A DNA stretch of 64,000 bases from Azolla caroliniana (Eukaryota; Plantae; Polypodiophyta), in the NCBI GenBank assembly GCA_043228905.1, contig JBHGNT010000017.1, positions 15,934,001-15,998,000 on the forward strand. The letters are read 5' to 3'. Of the stretch, positions 38,970 to 51,765 are shown piece after piece. Numbering within the stretch: the stretch's first letter is position 1; every line of letters starts with the position of its first letter. The translations under genes were made by a program, and so were the position numbers. Under the pieces are notes generated by a model. That model was not told the origin of the DNA. It ran no database searches and saw only the letters and a program-made list of their open reading frames with translations.

Positions 38970-39588
38970 TGTCGTGTCAAAGCACGTCGCGTATAAGAGC
39001 TTGGCGTGTCCGGGCGGAACCGCTGGAGTTCTAAACCAGGAGAGCGGAAATAAGAAGATGAAAGAGAAGAGTGGGAAGTCGAGCCAGAAGTATCTTAATA
39101 GTCACGAGTGGTTTGCAGCCCTACCCGTGAAGACAAAAAGCCTTATATCGTTCTACCTACGTAACCAAATTAAGTGTGCAAATACAGATTGGAAAGCCCT
39201 CTGGAAGATCTTTCCAACGAGCTATAGAACGTCGAAAACAGACGTCAGAATTGAGAATTATAAGGAAAATACCATACAGCGCTACTCCTCAAACGCAGAC
39301 GAAGAAGAAATGCCAAAATAGGAAATTCACTATTTCTTCGAGAAAAAACCCTTTACAAAATAGGACTCTTTGATTGTTCCCCCCCCCCCCCCCCCTCCAT
39401 GACAATAATCCTCCCCTCTTATACTAAATCGATGTCATTACATGTAGGCCACGTGGCACACACCTGGAGAAGCTTGTGCATGTGCGCGATATAAAGCATG
39501 TGGGCCATGTGGCACTCATGTAGAGAAACTTTGCATGTGCGTTATATGGTGCACATGAAATACATTACATGGTTTTGACTACACAACA
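38970..39588. mobile_element. Probable solo LTR inserted in copia-2 gag
   Basis: Inverted ends TGTCGTGT...ACACAACA interrupt the gag sequence; TSD unclear. Confidence 0.55.
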
Positions 39589-41022
39589 TTTGTTCCAAAA
39601 TAATGCAAATAAATCCCTAAGAACAATAATACTTTGTCTCCTTCATCCATCTCGTCCTCATCCAACGTCACATTGATGGACCCGAGTGTGTCACAAATCT
39701 CCTTTATCTTGGTGGTGTAGTCCGTAACCGACATGTCTCTTTGCCGGATGTTGTTCAACTCTTGCCGGAGCTGCAACTTACAGGTTGTGGTATTTACAAC
39801 GAAAATCTTCCTCAAATTTCCCCATGCCTCCTTCGGCATTTTTGCATCCATTATGTAGTCGAGCATCTGGTTGTGCACACAGGACGCAAGGCAATACAAT
39901 ACCCGGCTTGCTCCTTGCTCCCAAACCGAGAAGTCCTCGTGTGCCGGCTCTAGTACTACCTCGTTCGTTCCTTCCATGAAGCTCCAATATCCATGCCCCA
40001 GCAGGTATTGGTGCATCTTGTATGACCAGGACGCGTAGTTGCTCTGGTCGAGCTTCTCTGTTGGAAGTGAACTCGCCATTCCTTGGCCATATCTTCTCTC
40101 TATCTATTGTTACCGGGTTCTAGGGTTCGTCTACGAAAGTAAGTGTCGGCTACAGAGGTTCTTAACCCTCACGCTCTGATACCATGTCAATGTTAACGTG
40201 CAGAAGCGTTAGACAGAACCGGCTCAGCCGAGTAGCAACAGAGAATAAGATGAAGGTTTAATGGAGAAGCTTAATGCACAGAGAGTATACGCGGGAGAGA
40301 CAAAGAGAGCAGAACATAAACATAGATTCAAAAATGAAAAAACTCTGTAACTTTGTACATACAATGTGCTATAACAACACTATTTATACAAGTCCATAAA
40401 GGACTGACAGGTACTTCAATATTCCTATGTGCGACTGACACTAACTACGAGACAAAAATTACCTAGTAGTCTAGGCTACTACTAGGCTTCTGGTTCCCAC
40501 TCGAATCCGGCTCTCCGATCCGGCCTGTTGTTTCTAGATACCGATCCGGCTCCTCCTTTCGGATGTTGATCCGGCTCTAGCTTATTCAGCCTATCCAGAT
40601 CCGGTTGAGCTTGCTCGCTCAACAAACTGCTTCTGGGGGTATGGACTCCACAGTAGACTACAGAGCCCCTAAGGGATTCTCGGCAGTTGCATGAGGGATT
40701 CAAATAGTTCCCGCGATACATTTTGGCTCCTAAGCGGTTGCACATCCTGCATCCCTCTATCCCAAAGAGTCATCGCCATACCAAGTGATGGTCTGCCTAT
40801 ATTACCCTTCCCTTTGTCCTTGTTCTTGCTTGTCTGGATCCACGATTTCACTAATCTGAGGTCACCACCACATTCACGTTCCATTATGAGGGGGTTGTTT
40901 GTCAATCTCTCTTCCAGGGTGGACAATACAAGTTGTGGTTGCATCTCCATCGGGGTGGAGAACACGAGCTCAAGATCTTATGGGGGAAGGGGCAAGGAGT
41001 CACATGGGGACACCATTGCCGC

Positions 41023-42168
41023 TGTCGTGAAGATCCGTCACTACGCGCGGATCGTGAGGCGGAACCGCCGAGGTTCTGGACCGGAAGGATTTAGAGTCGA
41101 TACAAGCTTTGGCGAGAAAGTACTTAAGATAGATTGGGAAAGAGAGATGTTGAGATTAAACGATTGAGAAAGAAAGATTGAACTTTTTTATCTTTGGATT
41201 TAAGAAACAAGTTACACCATCAATTTGATAACGAATTTCTTCTTCTTAATTTCATAAAAAAACTCGTGTTTTTTCTCCTCCCCCTTCCTTCTTTTATAGA
41301 TGCTCTCATGCATATGATGCATGTGAGGGTACAAGACATGCATAAATTGCATGTTTGCCATTTGGCGCTTATGTATTACATGTGGTGCATGATAACCATG
41401 TCACTCATTTTAGCTTTCATGTATGAGAATTTACATGTAAAAGTACAATGATAGAAATATAATTTCAACTAAATAGCATGGCTTAATGGTAAGCCAATTG
41501 ACTCCTAACTTAGAGGTGCAAGGTTCGAATCCTTATTTACCCTCCTTGTATATGTAAATATGTATATATATTTATATATTTATTTATCTAGTCGTCGGAC
41601 GCCGGTTCGCCGGATACCGGTGCCGTCGCCAGATACATCGTCGGATGTCGGTGCCACCGCCGGATGCCGTCGGTTACCGGTGCCGTCACCAGCATCATCG
41701 CCAGATGCCGGTGTCTCACTGGCGCCGGATGCCACCGGATCACCGTCCTCGGATTGCCGTCGGATGCCGCCGGATCACCGGCTCCATCGCCGTTCCGGAC
41801 CCTTTTACGAGTACCTAGCCCACCTCCACTCTTAGTTCAAGTTACCTTGAACTCTCTATGCTCCATACATAGACACAAAGATAACATCTTTTGCTCCACC
41901 TTATATATGATGAGAGCCGTATTTGTCGTGCCTATGTGGGATATCTCACAATTTTCTCTTTTCCTTTCACAAACTTTATACCCTCATATCTTGACATTTA
42001 GTTGTCTGTTTCTCGTGTAATAAAGTGCATTCGAAACCTCCATCATTTTGTACTTAGATATTAAATTTATTTAAAATGTTATCTTCACAATTATTGTACT
42101 ATGTGATTTATACTCGATTTCGTACGTTTTATGGGATTTTCACACTATTGCCGAAAATCTTCACGACA
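41023..42168 (+). mobile_element. Intact family B solo LTR (1,146 bp)
   Basis: Ends TGTCGTGAAGAT...ATCTTCACGACA; 4-bp TSD CCGC/CCAC; homologous to 29690-30845 and the split copy at 13221-23712. Confidence 0.92.
41474..41541 (+). promoter_or_regulatory. tRNA-derived Pol III A-box/B-box module inside the family B LTR
   Basis: TGGCTTAATGG (41479-41489) and GGTTCGAATCC (41522-41532) at tRNA-like spacing. Confidence 0.72.
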
Positions 42169-43119
42169 CCACCAACGCTTCTGGGTCGTCATCCCCTAGC
42201 CCTTGGAGCAATGTAAATATGTTGGTAGGTCATGTGCCTCTGCACTCCCTGAGAGGATCTTCACCCGTTTCAAGGGTTGCTCGTCCACACTTGCTAGTGA
42301 CAAGATAGTTGGACTCCTTTCTAAGGGATAGCCTTGAGAGAGGAGGGGAGAGGTTGCACCTAGGCTTCCAAGTTTCCCCTTCTTCTTAATGGGTTGCCAA
42401 GGAGCCTCATCGCCCTTGGTTGACGCCAAGGCTCGAGGTCTTGAGCTTCCCTTTCCAATCTTACGAGGACACTCCTTAGCTAGGTGTCTTGTCTATTTGA
42501 TAATGAAACACTACCCAGGGAGTTCCTCACAAACCACTTCCACCACTGTGAGACCTAGCTCCTCAAATAGACTCTAATTCTTGTTGGAAGTCCATGGAGC
42601 GAAGGCACTAAGATGCGCTACTTTGGCACCTTCGCAATTGTATCTGCCATAGACATTTTCTTAAGGCAAATCATCCCTATCTGTTCGCCAAAAAAAGGGA
42701 GTAGATGGCACAAGTGGGGAGGGAGGCATGAAATGTTGCGGAGATCACCCTAGGGTTGTTAACTTTTCGTAACTCTTCAGTTGGATTGAACCATGGTGAC
42801 CATAGCTGGAGCAACGCCTTGATGTACTTCAATTCAAGTACCTTTAGCTCTACCAAAGGTTGGGCCATCGTGCCATCACCCAATTCAATGTGAAAATTTT
42901 TTTCCATAAACCCCTGACGCTCTTGATCAAAGGCATGTTCTCCATCACTGCCACTTGAAGCATGTCCCGAACCATGCCCCAACTTGGCCTACTTGCAAGA
43001 TACCTACATACAAAAGAAGTACGACGTAGGCGTTCGATTTCCTCTGCTAAGAGTTGATTGGCCTCTAAGGACAAGGTGATGTCAAGATCTGTTCCTCCTT
43101 CTCCTTGTAGCAAACTGGG

Positions 43120-43620
43120 TGTTATGGTTTCTACTCAGACGGAAGTTACAAATAGACTTAGACACAATCAGAAGTAAAACAAGTAACACACGATTTACGT
43201 GGAAAACCCTGATTTCAGGGAAAAACCACGGGAACAGGAAATTTCCACTATGAGATAAATGAAATACAAACACGAAATGATAGAACCTAATTTGGTATGG
43301 TTTCACTCTCAAACCACAATTTCATCCGAGTGCACCCAACCCTAACTCGTAGGTGTCTATCTCTTTCGAAGCTTCCAAAGCTTCTCTGTTTTGTCACTCT
43401 TCCTTTCTGTTTCACTCTTCGTTCTTCCTCTCACACTCAGCTTTCTGAGCTATGGCACCCGCACAGCCACTACTGTGTTTTTTTTCCTCAGTTGTTCTCT
43501 GTCTAACTCTTATCTCGTATTATCTATTCTTATATATTACTCACTTTTTCACGTGAGTATACCTTCACGCTTTTTCTCACTATTTTTACTCTCAGTGAGT
43601 TATCCCACATACCAACGCAA
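43120..43620 (-). mobile_element. Possible copia-type LTR fragment ending LINE-A
   Basis: Starts TGTTA; contains GATTTACGTGGAAAACCC...GGGAAAAACCACGG as seen in plant copia LTRs; right end not defined. Confidence 0.45.
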
Positions 43621-44797
43621 CGAGTTCCATTCTTACTATATATATACTAGCCTATCTTATATACATATATAAGAACACATATGTATATGTATATGTTTGT
43701 CTAAAGTTTTATTAGGCCGACTCACATTCGATAGAAATACCATTTTGGTTTTCGACCGATTTCGGTCAGGCAACTCATTTTGGCTTCCCGACCGATTTCG
43801 GTCAGCTGACTCTTGAGTCGGCTTTTCGGCCAACTCCCCCAAAAAGGAGGGACTATCTACATAACACTGGGGTTTGTTGGAAGTTCGGTTCTTCCCACCA
43901 TAACAAACAGGGTCTGTTGGAAGTTCGGTTCCTCCCACCATAGCAAACTATGGATTCTGTTTTTTCGTTGTTTGTGTTTTTTTTTTTGTTGGGGGGGAGG
44001 GGGGTTGCGAGCACCTGACAGCTCAACAGAACAGAACAACCACTTAATAGAACAGAACAACCATTGATGAGCGGTCGAAACTCCCTCTTGCACTAACCGT
44101 TGCGTGGGCTCTCCTCCCGCCAGCCACCGCGTACGCTCCTCACTGTGCTCCTGTTCCTACGCACCATTTCCTCTTCTCGCCATGATCTGCTCCTGCTCTT
44201 AACCAACCTTCTAGCCCACTTTTCTGATTTTTTTTTAAACTTAAAACTTAATTATCCTCTTGTGGTGTACTTTTGTTGTATAGGTTGCAAATAAAAATAC
44301 CAATCTTACAAACCCTTTTCTCTTCCTCCCATCAAATCTCATGTTAGGGAAATAATCTCACATTCTTTGGTTTTAACAACCTTACAATGCCCAATATTTC
44401 CAATTCAAAATATTGGTCATAGGCCTAATCCCATTTGCATTCACTAAAAGCCACTTTCCTCTATGTAGCTTTTCCAGAATAATTTTAAAGGATATTTATA
44501 TTTTCTTTTACTTAGCAATGATCTATTTTATTGAGAGACCTCCTATGTTTTATTATGCATATATTATCTATTTTATTAAGACAAACATATTTCTCAATTA
44601 ATGTAGTGAGTAGATTTGTGTTAAGTTTTAATTAACTTAAAACTTTGAGCCCCTAACTTCATTCTTCTATCCACAACCACTTTTCTTCATTCCTCCCTCA
44701 TTACTCATATGCCTCTTCCCTTAAATGCTCACATATGGAACCACTCAATCTACACTTTTTCTAGACAACCCAATTCCCCTCCCCCCTCATTAGTTAG

Positions 44798-45122
44798 TAG
44801 GAGTCAAGCAACGGCTCAACTCTGGTAAACAATTTTTAAAGTGTTTGGTGGCTCAATTCGGCTTGAGCTTCCTTAATCAATTTGGCAAGGATCAACCCGA
44901 ACGAATTGGTTTGGGGCAAACCCCTTTGAGGCTTAAGCAATCGGTTTGGCCAAACCGATTTAAGCTTAATCGATTTGATCAAACCGGTTAAGGTTTAATT
45001 GGTTTGGGGAGTGGTCTTGTTCAAGTTTGAAAACTCCCAAACTGTTTAAGGCTTAACCGGTTTGGTTTGGACAAGGCCAAACCAATTAAACCAAAACTGA
45101 ACCGAACCATTGCCAATTCCTA
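44798..45122. mobile_element. Degenerate hAT-like MITE
   Basis: TAGG...CCTA imperfect TIRs; many AACCG/CGGTT motifs; possible 8-bp TSD TTAGTTAG/TTAACTAG. Confidence 0.55.
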
Positions 45123-45536
45123 TTAACTAGTATTAAAGAGAAGTTCACCAATAGCATGACAATGACAAAAATATATTTAGCAACCTTAGATATAGCCTTC
45201 CTTCCATCACCCATGCTTACTTTCTTCCGCCTTAGTAAACACAACATCCTAAACATAGTTCTCCCTATGTTTTGGACAACCTAATTCACCACCCACTCAC
45301 TACACTAACTTCACCCCTTGTTATATGTGCAACATCCAATGTCCCATTATTCTCTGCAAGAGTCTAGCCCTTCCTCAATCCCTTCCTTAGTAGTCCACGA
45401 CATGCATGCCACCCATAAGAACTCCTTGGATAGTGAGGGCACCCAACTCACCTCAACATCCCCAACCCTTGATATACTTTTGTAGGTTTAGTATATAATC
45501 ATAGACTTCCATTTTGTGTTATATATTGTCTTAGTG

Positions 45537-45540
<4 letters not shown>

Positions 45541-45610
<70 letters not shown>
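45541..45610. repeat. (CT)n microsatellite at the 3' end of LINE-B
   Basis: Read directly from the sequence. Confidence 0.95.
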
Positions 45611-45613
<3 letters not shown>

Positions 45614-45699
45614 GTGAAAACACACAATTATATTAATAAATGTGTGTGAAAAACACTACTTACAATACGTGTGACAATGGAGTATGGTCACACACTAAC

Positions 45700-48600
45700 C
45701 ACACTACACTACATGGGTAGTGGAACATGTTGAATTGCCAATAGGCAAGACGAACACTCCACCGAGGAATGAATTTCCACTTGTTCCAATAAAGAAAATT
45801 GCCACATTAGTACTCCCTTCAACTTTCATAGATATGCTTTCACTCCATGTCTACCATCTAATACAAAAGCGTTGCGCATGTTCCAATTATTACGCAATCC
45901 CCAATATCTCAGAAATAGGAAAACAATCTCTATCTCTGATTTTGGGTCAACTTGTGTAAATTGTGCAAACACCCATTGTCTAGGTGTCAAATAACTCCGT
46001 GATAAAACTTGCCAAATTTGAGAAATGTAACTCCAAATTTGACAAGCAATTGGACATTGTATAAATCGATGAGTACTATCTTCTATCTGAACTGTGCAAA
46101 AGAAGCAGGTACCCGTTGCTAGTCCACGACGCTTTAAAGCTAATCCCAAAGGCAATCCTCCGATCAAAACTCTCCAAATGAATACCTTTGCAACAAGTGG
46201 CAATTTAGAATGCCAACTACGTTGTAAGATCTGCCACCACCCATGATCAGATTTGTGTATTTTCTATTCTTCTTCAACCTTCGATGATAACCATCCAAGA
46301 GACTCAACGGAACAATGATACAAAAGATTAGTAATCACTTGTAACAATGGTGTTTGACCCCTTAAACTCCAATCAATCCACGGTTGTTCTCCTGTTTGTA
46401 GAGTTAAGGGACCTTGCATCAATGCAATATTCTGTAGTTGTTGCCAAATAAACCCATAATTAGGCGGGATGCGTAATAATAGTCGTGCTTCAGTAAACTC
46501 CAAAATTCTTTGAGATGGAACCTCAACTATATCTCCCACCTCTTTGACCCCCAAATGAAACAAACAATTAAATTGAGAACACAATCTCTCCTTTCCTAGC
46601 CAACATAATAACCGAGAAGACACAAGTAACTCTTTTTGCAAAGATTTACAATGCTCTCTACTAGATGATGGTTTCCATACACATAACAAGAGTGCTTCTT
46701 GCCATGAGGTAACTAAGTGTTGAACACATGAAGAATCCGGAATCCTAAGTGAAATACATCCATTGCCACCATGAAGCCTTAATCGTTGTCCTCCCATGTG
46801 TTAAACCCTTGTTCTCAATGAAATATCGAACAATAGATATCCATGGTTGTGAGTTTGAACACATGTCTTGTAATAATGAAAATCTACGAGCCATCATATG
46901 CATAGATAAGTTCAATATTCCAACCCCCCCCCCAATCGCTTAGGGGTTGCTAGATGATTCCAAGCAATCCATGTGATTCCCATCTTATCCCTCTTCTTCC
47001 ACAACAAATATCGAAGAGGTTGCAAAACAGAATTCAACGCCTTCTTTGTCCATGGCAATAATGGCAAGTAATATAATATCATGGGTTCCATAATACATTG
47101 TACAACCTTCAAGCGAACATGAAATGGCCAAGATTGTGACTTCCAATACATGAACTTATCCTTCAACTTACTAGACATCCATTCAATCAATTGACCATTT
47201 GTAACATTCATTCCTAATGGATAGCCCAAGTGTCAAAAAATAGAGTCTTTCTTCACCACGGATCCTTGCCATCCTAAACATTCCAAATCCCTTTCAGTGC
47301 ATGATATGAGACTAGACTTCCTCCAATTAATATGTAATCCAGAAGCCAATGCAAACTGATTCCATACAAGCATCCCCTTCTCAAGATTCTCCCGTGAGGC
47401 TTGTAAAAACATGAAAGAATCATCCGCCAAAGCTCGTGCTACTATTTGCCCTCCGGACGGAAGGTGTAAACCCACAATGTCACCATTTATTGCAAGTCTT
47501 GATAACATCACTAACAAAGGATGAGTAACAATAGCAAACAACAATGGGCTAAGAGGGCATCCTTGACGAACGGATCTTGTGAGGGCAATATCTGATGTAA
47601 CTCCCCCATTAAGCATTACTCGAGACACTGCATCTTGTCCTAATAAAAATATGAGGCGAGACATACGAGGTCCAAAGCCCATTGTATGCATTAACCCATA
47701 AACAAAAGACCAATTAACATGATCATAAGCTTTCTCCAAATCTAATTGCACCATAATCAATTCTTGATGAGCATTCAACACATTATGCAATATATTTCTA
47801 CCTACAATAAAAACATATTGGGCGGGGTGTATCAACTTTGGCAAATACTTTTGTAATCTATTTGCCAAGACCTTCGTAAATATCTTGTACAACCCCCCCA
47901 TCAAAGAAATAGGTCTCCATTGATGAAATGACTCAGGAGATGCCACCTTTGGAACTAGTTTAATTAGACCAAGTTTCCAAGCTTGAGGCATACAACCAGA
48001 ATCCCAAGACTGTTGAAACATCAAAGTCAAGGGCCCCTTTAAAATGTTGGAATATCTCTTAAAAACTTCATTTGTCAAGCCATCCCCACCAGGGCTCTTA
48101 CGACTAGGAAGATGCCTTTAAACTACATCCACCTCATCCTCAGTGAAATCCGCATCCAATTCATGACTAATGAGATCATGCACAATACATCCAACCACAT
48201 CATAAAACTCATGACGTGCTCTACTCACCTCATTTGTCATTAACAATTGTGGACCAATCAACTCCTTAAAGTAATGAAGACATATGTCAATTATTGTTGT
48301 AGGATCCACTATCAATTCATCCCCTTGCTTCACATGTACCACATTAGATCGAGCATAAGTAGGATGTAATGCTTGGAAAAACAAATGAGATTGACATTGA
48401 TTATCAATGAGTCCTTCCCTGAGTTGTCGCATCTTAGCATAACGATAACTTTGGCATTGCAAATGAGAAATAATAACATGCAATTGACTCTGAATATCCA
48501 AAAGCTCCTCATCTAATGGTGTATGTATCAATAATGCATTACACCTAGAGAGAACTTGTGAGAATTGTCGAATAAGACCTCTTCTTCGTTGAGCATTGGT

Positions 48601-49506
48601 TACTCCATACATATAATGAATGATGTTAATGTTTCGTAATGTGATATCCCATGCTTTAACTCCTTTAAGATTCACTTGTTGAGAAAAATTTACCAAATTT
48701 TGCTTCATGAGAGAATCAAAGTGAGGTTGAAGCAAAAGAGAAGAGTTAAAGCGTAGTGGAGGATTTCCAAGTAAAGATTTATACATGTCAATTGCATGAT
48801 TACACACCTCCAAGTAAATAGGAAAGTGATCTGAAGTTCCAACATCTTGTAGAACGTTCATACGAAGTGATGTCGGTAAAAAAGAATCATCATGCATCAC
48901 ATACATTCTATCTAACTGACTCCATGTTTGTCTATGTTGAGCAAATTGGAAGGTAAAACCTGGATCATTCCCTTGCAACCATGTCCAAACATCCAACTTC
49001 AGAACCTCCATAGCCAATGAGTCCCAAGCAAGTTGCTCAGGATCATCCATGATTGAATGTTCAGACGTGGATTGAAATGCATCAACACACATGTTAAAAT
49101 CGCCCATAAGTAATCTTGGACGTCCAATAGATAGGGTTTGAAGAAGTGAAGCCCATAATGCAATACGTTGAGTGGCTTGGTTAGGGTCATAAATCCCAAC
49201 CACCCACACAACCTTGCCAAAAAAAGTGATTTCTAGAACCAAAAACCGACCATAAGGATCATTATGCACCATTTGAGGATAATACTTGTCCCTCACAATT
49301 AATACCACACCTGAATAATGATTATTAAGATGTCCTGCATAAAATGATGAATATCCACACAAATGCATTGTGGATCCTGCTAACTCATGACACTTATGCT
49401 CAACTACACATACTACATCCCATTCTCTACTTAACAAAGTTTCCCATAGTATATACTTCTTATGAGGAGAACATGCCCCTCTCACATTCCATGTTACCAC
49501 TTTCAT
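45700..49506 (-). pseudogene. LINE-B ORF2 (APE endonuclease, RT, zf-RVT)
   Basis: MKVVTWNVRG, GDFN, SDH, DLEKAYDHV.W, RQGCPLSP, ADD, CFFC...EDSTHRFIQC; several frameshifts and stops. Confidence 0.93.
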
Positions 49507-49741
49507 TCGATAAACAATGTTATGGGAGCACTTGCTCCTTTAGAGCAACCGATGTCATGAAACTAGTCAAAGCATGCTCCAATGCTACATATGGATTTTC
49601 ATGCACATCCTTAGGGTTGTCTATCAAAATCTTTTTTTTAGGTCCTCCCGCTTGACGAAAACCTCGAGAATTCGATGAATTTACAACTCGTCCCAATGAA
49701 TCAAATTGAAGGTGAAAGGGTAATCCCTTATCCCTAGATTG

Positions 49742-51070
49742 TCATTGCCAAAGAACTTTTCGAGGGCCCTCCCTAGTTCCCGAATTACCTTGCCAAGTAG
49801 TCACATGTGTAGTGGGCAAGCTACTACGCTGCATATTCATTGATTTCCCTTTCGACTTGCCCTTAACCTCATGCCAATCTTTGTCAACAACATCACTACT
49901 AGCTCTATCCAACGGTTTTTTCCCCTTATCTTTAACCATTAAACTTTGTTTTTCCATATCCATAGATTCAATTCCCTTATTCTTAGGGCCCAAACCTTGA
50001 AGTGAGACCTCTTTATAACCTGCTCTAGGTGATGTTCCTTCATCCACAAAATCTGACACACCAACATCTCTCCCAACTCCTTCCTTATCGTTCCCTTCAA
50101 TATGAACCTTTATAGTTGAAGGACAATGACCGTGGCATTCCGCCATAAAGTGACCCCATTCACCACATCCAAAACAATGACCTGCAAATGTCTCCCACTT
50201 CAGTTTAAAACAAAGACTTCTCATACCATGAGCATTCATACGCACCCATCTTGGCCTCTTCTTACTTGTATCCAATAACACACAAAATATGCACTTATTT
50301 GTAGCATTTGCATGTGGAGATATCAACACTTTACCCATTTGACTCATCAACTCTGGTAAAAGTGGCCATAAAAAAGCATGCTTACAATCCACTGTAACCC
50401 AAACAGGACATTCTTGTTTTAACAAAGCGTGATAGTCCACTACGGGGGACCATTGCATAACGTGCACAAATCGTTTATCAAAAAACACAAGAACTTTACC
50501 CAACAATGCACTTCGATGCTCCGATGAACGAAATACTACATCATAAAACCCTCGTGGTTCCGCATATATATTTTCAACACAATTTGGTGACACGATTGTG
50601 TTCAACCATTGTTTAATCCAATTAACATATGGGAGCTTGCCGATAAAAAATAATATAACAGCACGATCATAGAATACATCAAATGATTGCAAAACTGCCT
50701 TAGCATCAACTTCCACATCATGCACATCCTCTTCAATGCATTCTTTCGTTGCATTTTCATTTTCTTCCACAATATCCGACAATAAGGTATTGGCAATTCC
50801 CCATAAATTATCCCAATTACAGTGATCCTTGTCAACTTCATCTACATGTATTATTTCGGAATATGTTAATTTTTTCTCATTAATTTCTTCAATTCCCATA
50901 AACCTCTTAAAGCTTCCAATGTCTTCCCTTTCACGATTACATTCAACCATCACATTACTCTTTTTTGGATCGATTGTTTCCATATCAATATCCCCCACAA
51001 TTTGTGAGGAATTCATGTTTATGTCCATCATTATATCGATCCGAGATAAAAAACAATTTTCCATGAACAA
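49742..51070 (-). CDS. LINE-B ORF1 (RRM/DUF4283-like region plus CCHC zinc knuckle)
   Basis: GFYDVVF, PVWV and CFGCGEWGHFMAEC; located upstream of ORF2. Confidence 0.82.
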   Translation of the reverse strand: MFMENCFLSRIDIMMDINMNSSQIVGDIDMETIDPKKSNVMVECNREREDIGSFKRFMGIEEINEKKLTYSEIIHVDEVDKDHCNWDNLWGIANTLLSDIVEENENATKECIEEDVHDVEVDAKAVLQSFDVFYDRAVILFFIGKLPYVNWIKQWLNTIVSPNCVENIYAEPRGFYDVVFRSSEHRSALLGKVLVFFDKRFVHVMQWSPVVDYHALLKQECPVWVTVDCKHAFLWPLLPELMSQMGKVLISPHANATNKCIFCVLLDTSKKRPRWVRMNAHGMRSLCFKLKWETFAGHCFGCGEWGHFMAECHGHCPSTIKVHIEGNDKEGVGRDVGVSDFVDEGTSPRAGYKEVSLQGLGPKNKGIESMDMEKQSLMVKDKGKKPLDRASSDVVDKDWHEVKGKSKGKSMNMQRSSLPTTHVTTWQGNSGTREGPRKVLWQ

Positions 51071-51281
51071 GAGAGAAAATTAGAACTCACCCGGTTGAAG
51101 AGGTTGAAGATTTTGAAAGCAATCGAAGACCCACAATGAGTTTTGAGTATGTGGATGTCGACAACACAAGATTCCTTATTGTGGTCGCTACTTCTCGTAC
51201 AAACCGCCAAATTCAACTTACTATATCTCGTTGTGAAGATCTACACTCTTGCGTTTTTTCCTCCCTCTCTCTCTCTCTCTC

Positions 51282-51705
51282 ATCGCGGAACGGGGAAACC
51301 GTACACATCGATGCATGTTAGAGCCCATCCTGTTATCTGTCATTCAAACCATTGCTTCAATGTGACTTAGTTCACATGCATTGCGATGTGAGACGGGGCA
51401 TTGGGGCACAAGTGATGAGAGGGGCCAGCTATGCACCCTTTGCCCTAAACAAGTTCAAGAATCTGAGTATCACACTTTGATACAATGCTCTACTTTTGAT
51501 CATATTCAACCATGCTTTCGACATCTATTCGACCAAGCCCAATCCTTGCACGAATTTCTCTCACAACCACAATGTGCACTCTCGATTGCAACATTCATTG
51601 GTAAAGTTCTTCAACATCGAGAATCATCACTCACTTTCACGCGTATCACGTGAAATGTAATATTTTTTGTCTCATAGGTCATATTTGACCTCCGAAGACG
51701 ATAAT

Positions 51706-51762
<57 letters not shown>

Positions 51763-51765
51763 AAC
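51282..51765 (+). mobile_element. 5'-truncated non-LTR retrotransposon 3' end (RTE/RTEX-like) with (CT)n(CA)n tail
   Basis: H.LRCETGHW...CTLC...ESEYHTLIQC C-terminal motif, flanked by CT microsatellites. Confidence 0.65.

Larger units (their letters stand above)
35044..40624 (-). mobile_element. Ty1/copia LTR retrotransposon (copia-2), rearranged
   Basis: 5' LTR 40185-40624; PBS TGGTATCAGAGCG; gag from 40079; protease WYVDSGA; integrase 38238-37501 (HSDVWGP); 3' LTR remnant 35044-~35200; TSD AATTG/AACTG. Confidence 0.88.
45611..51260 (-). mobile_element. Near full-length L1-clade LINE (LINE-B), mildly degenerate
   Basis: ORF1 and ORF2 in order, bounded by (CT)n tracts; ends approximate. Confidence 0.9.

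Noticed and set aside
41474-41541. Functional tRNA gene (also ~13880, ~27580, ~30180, ~10950)
   Set aside because: A and B boxes are present, but acceptor and anticodon stems do not pair convincingly and all copies lie inside LTRs.
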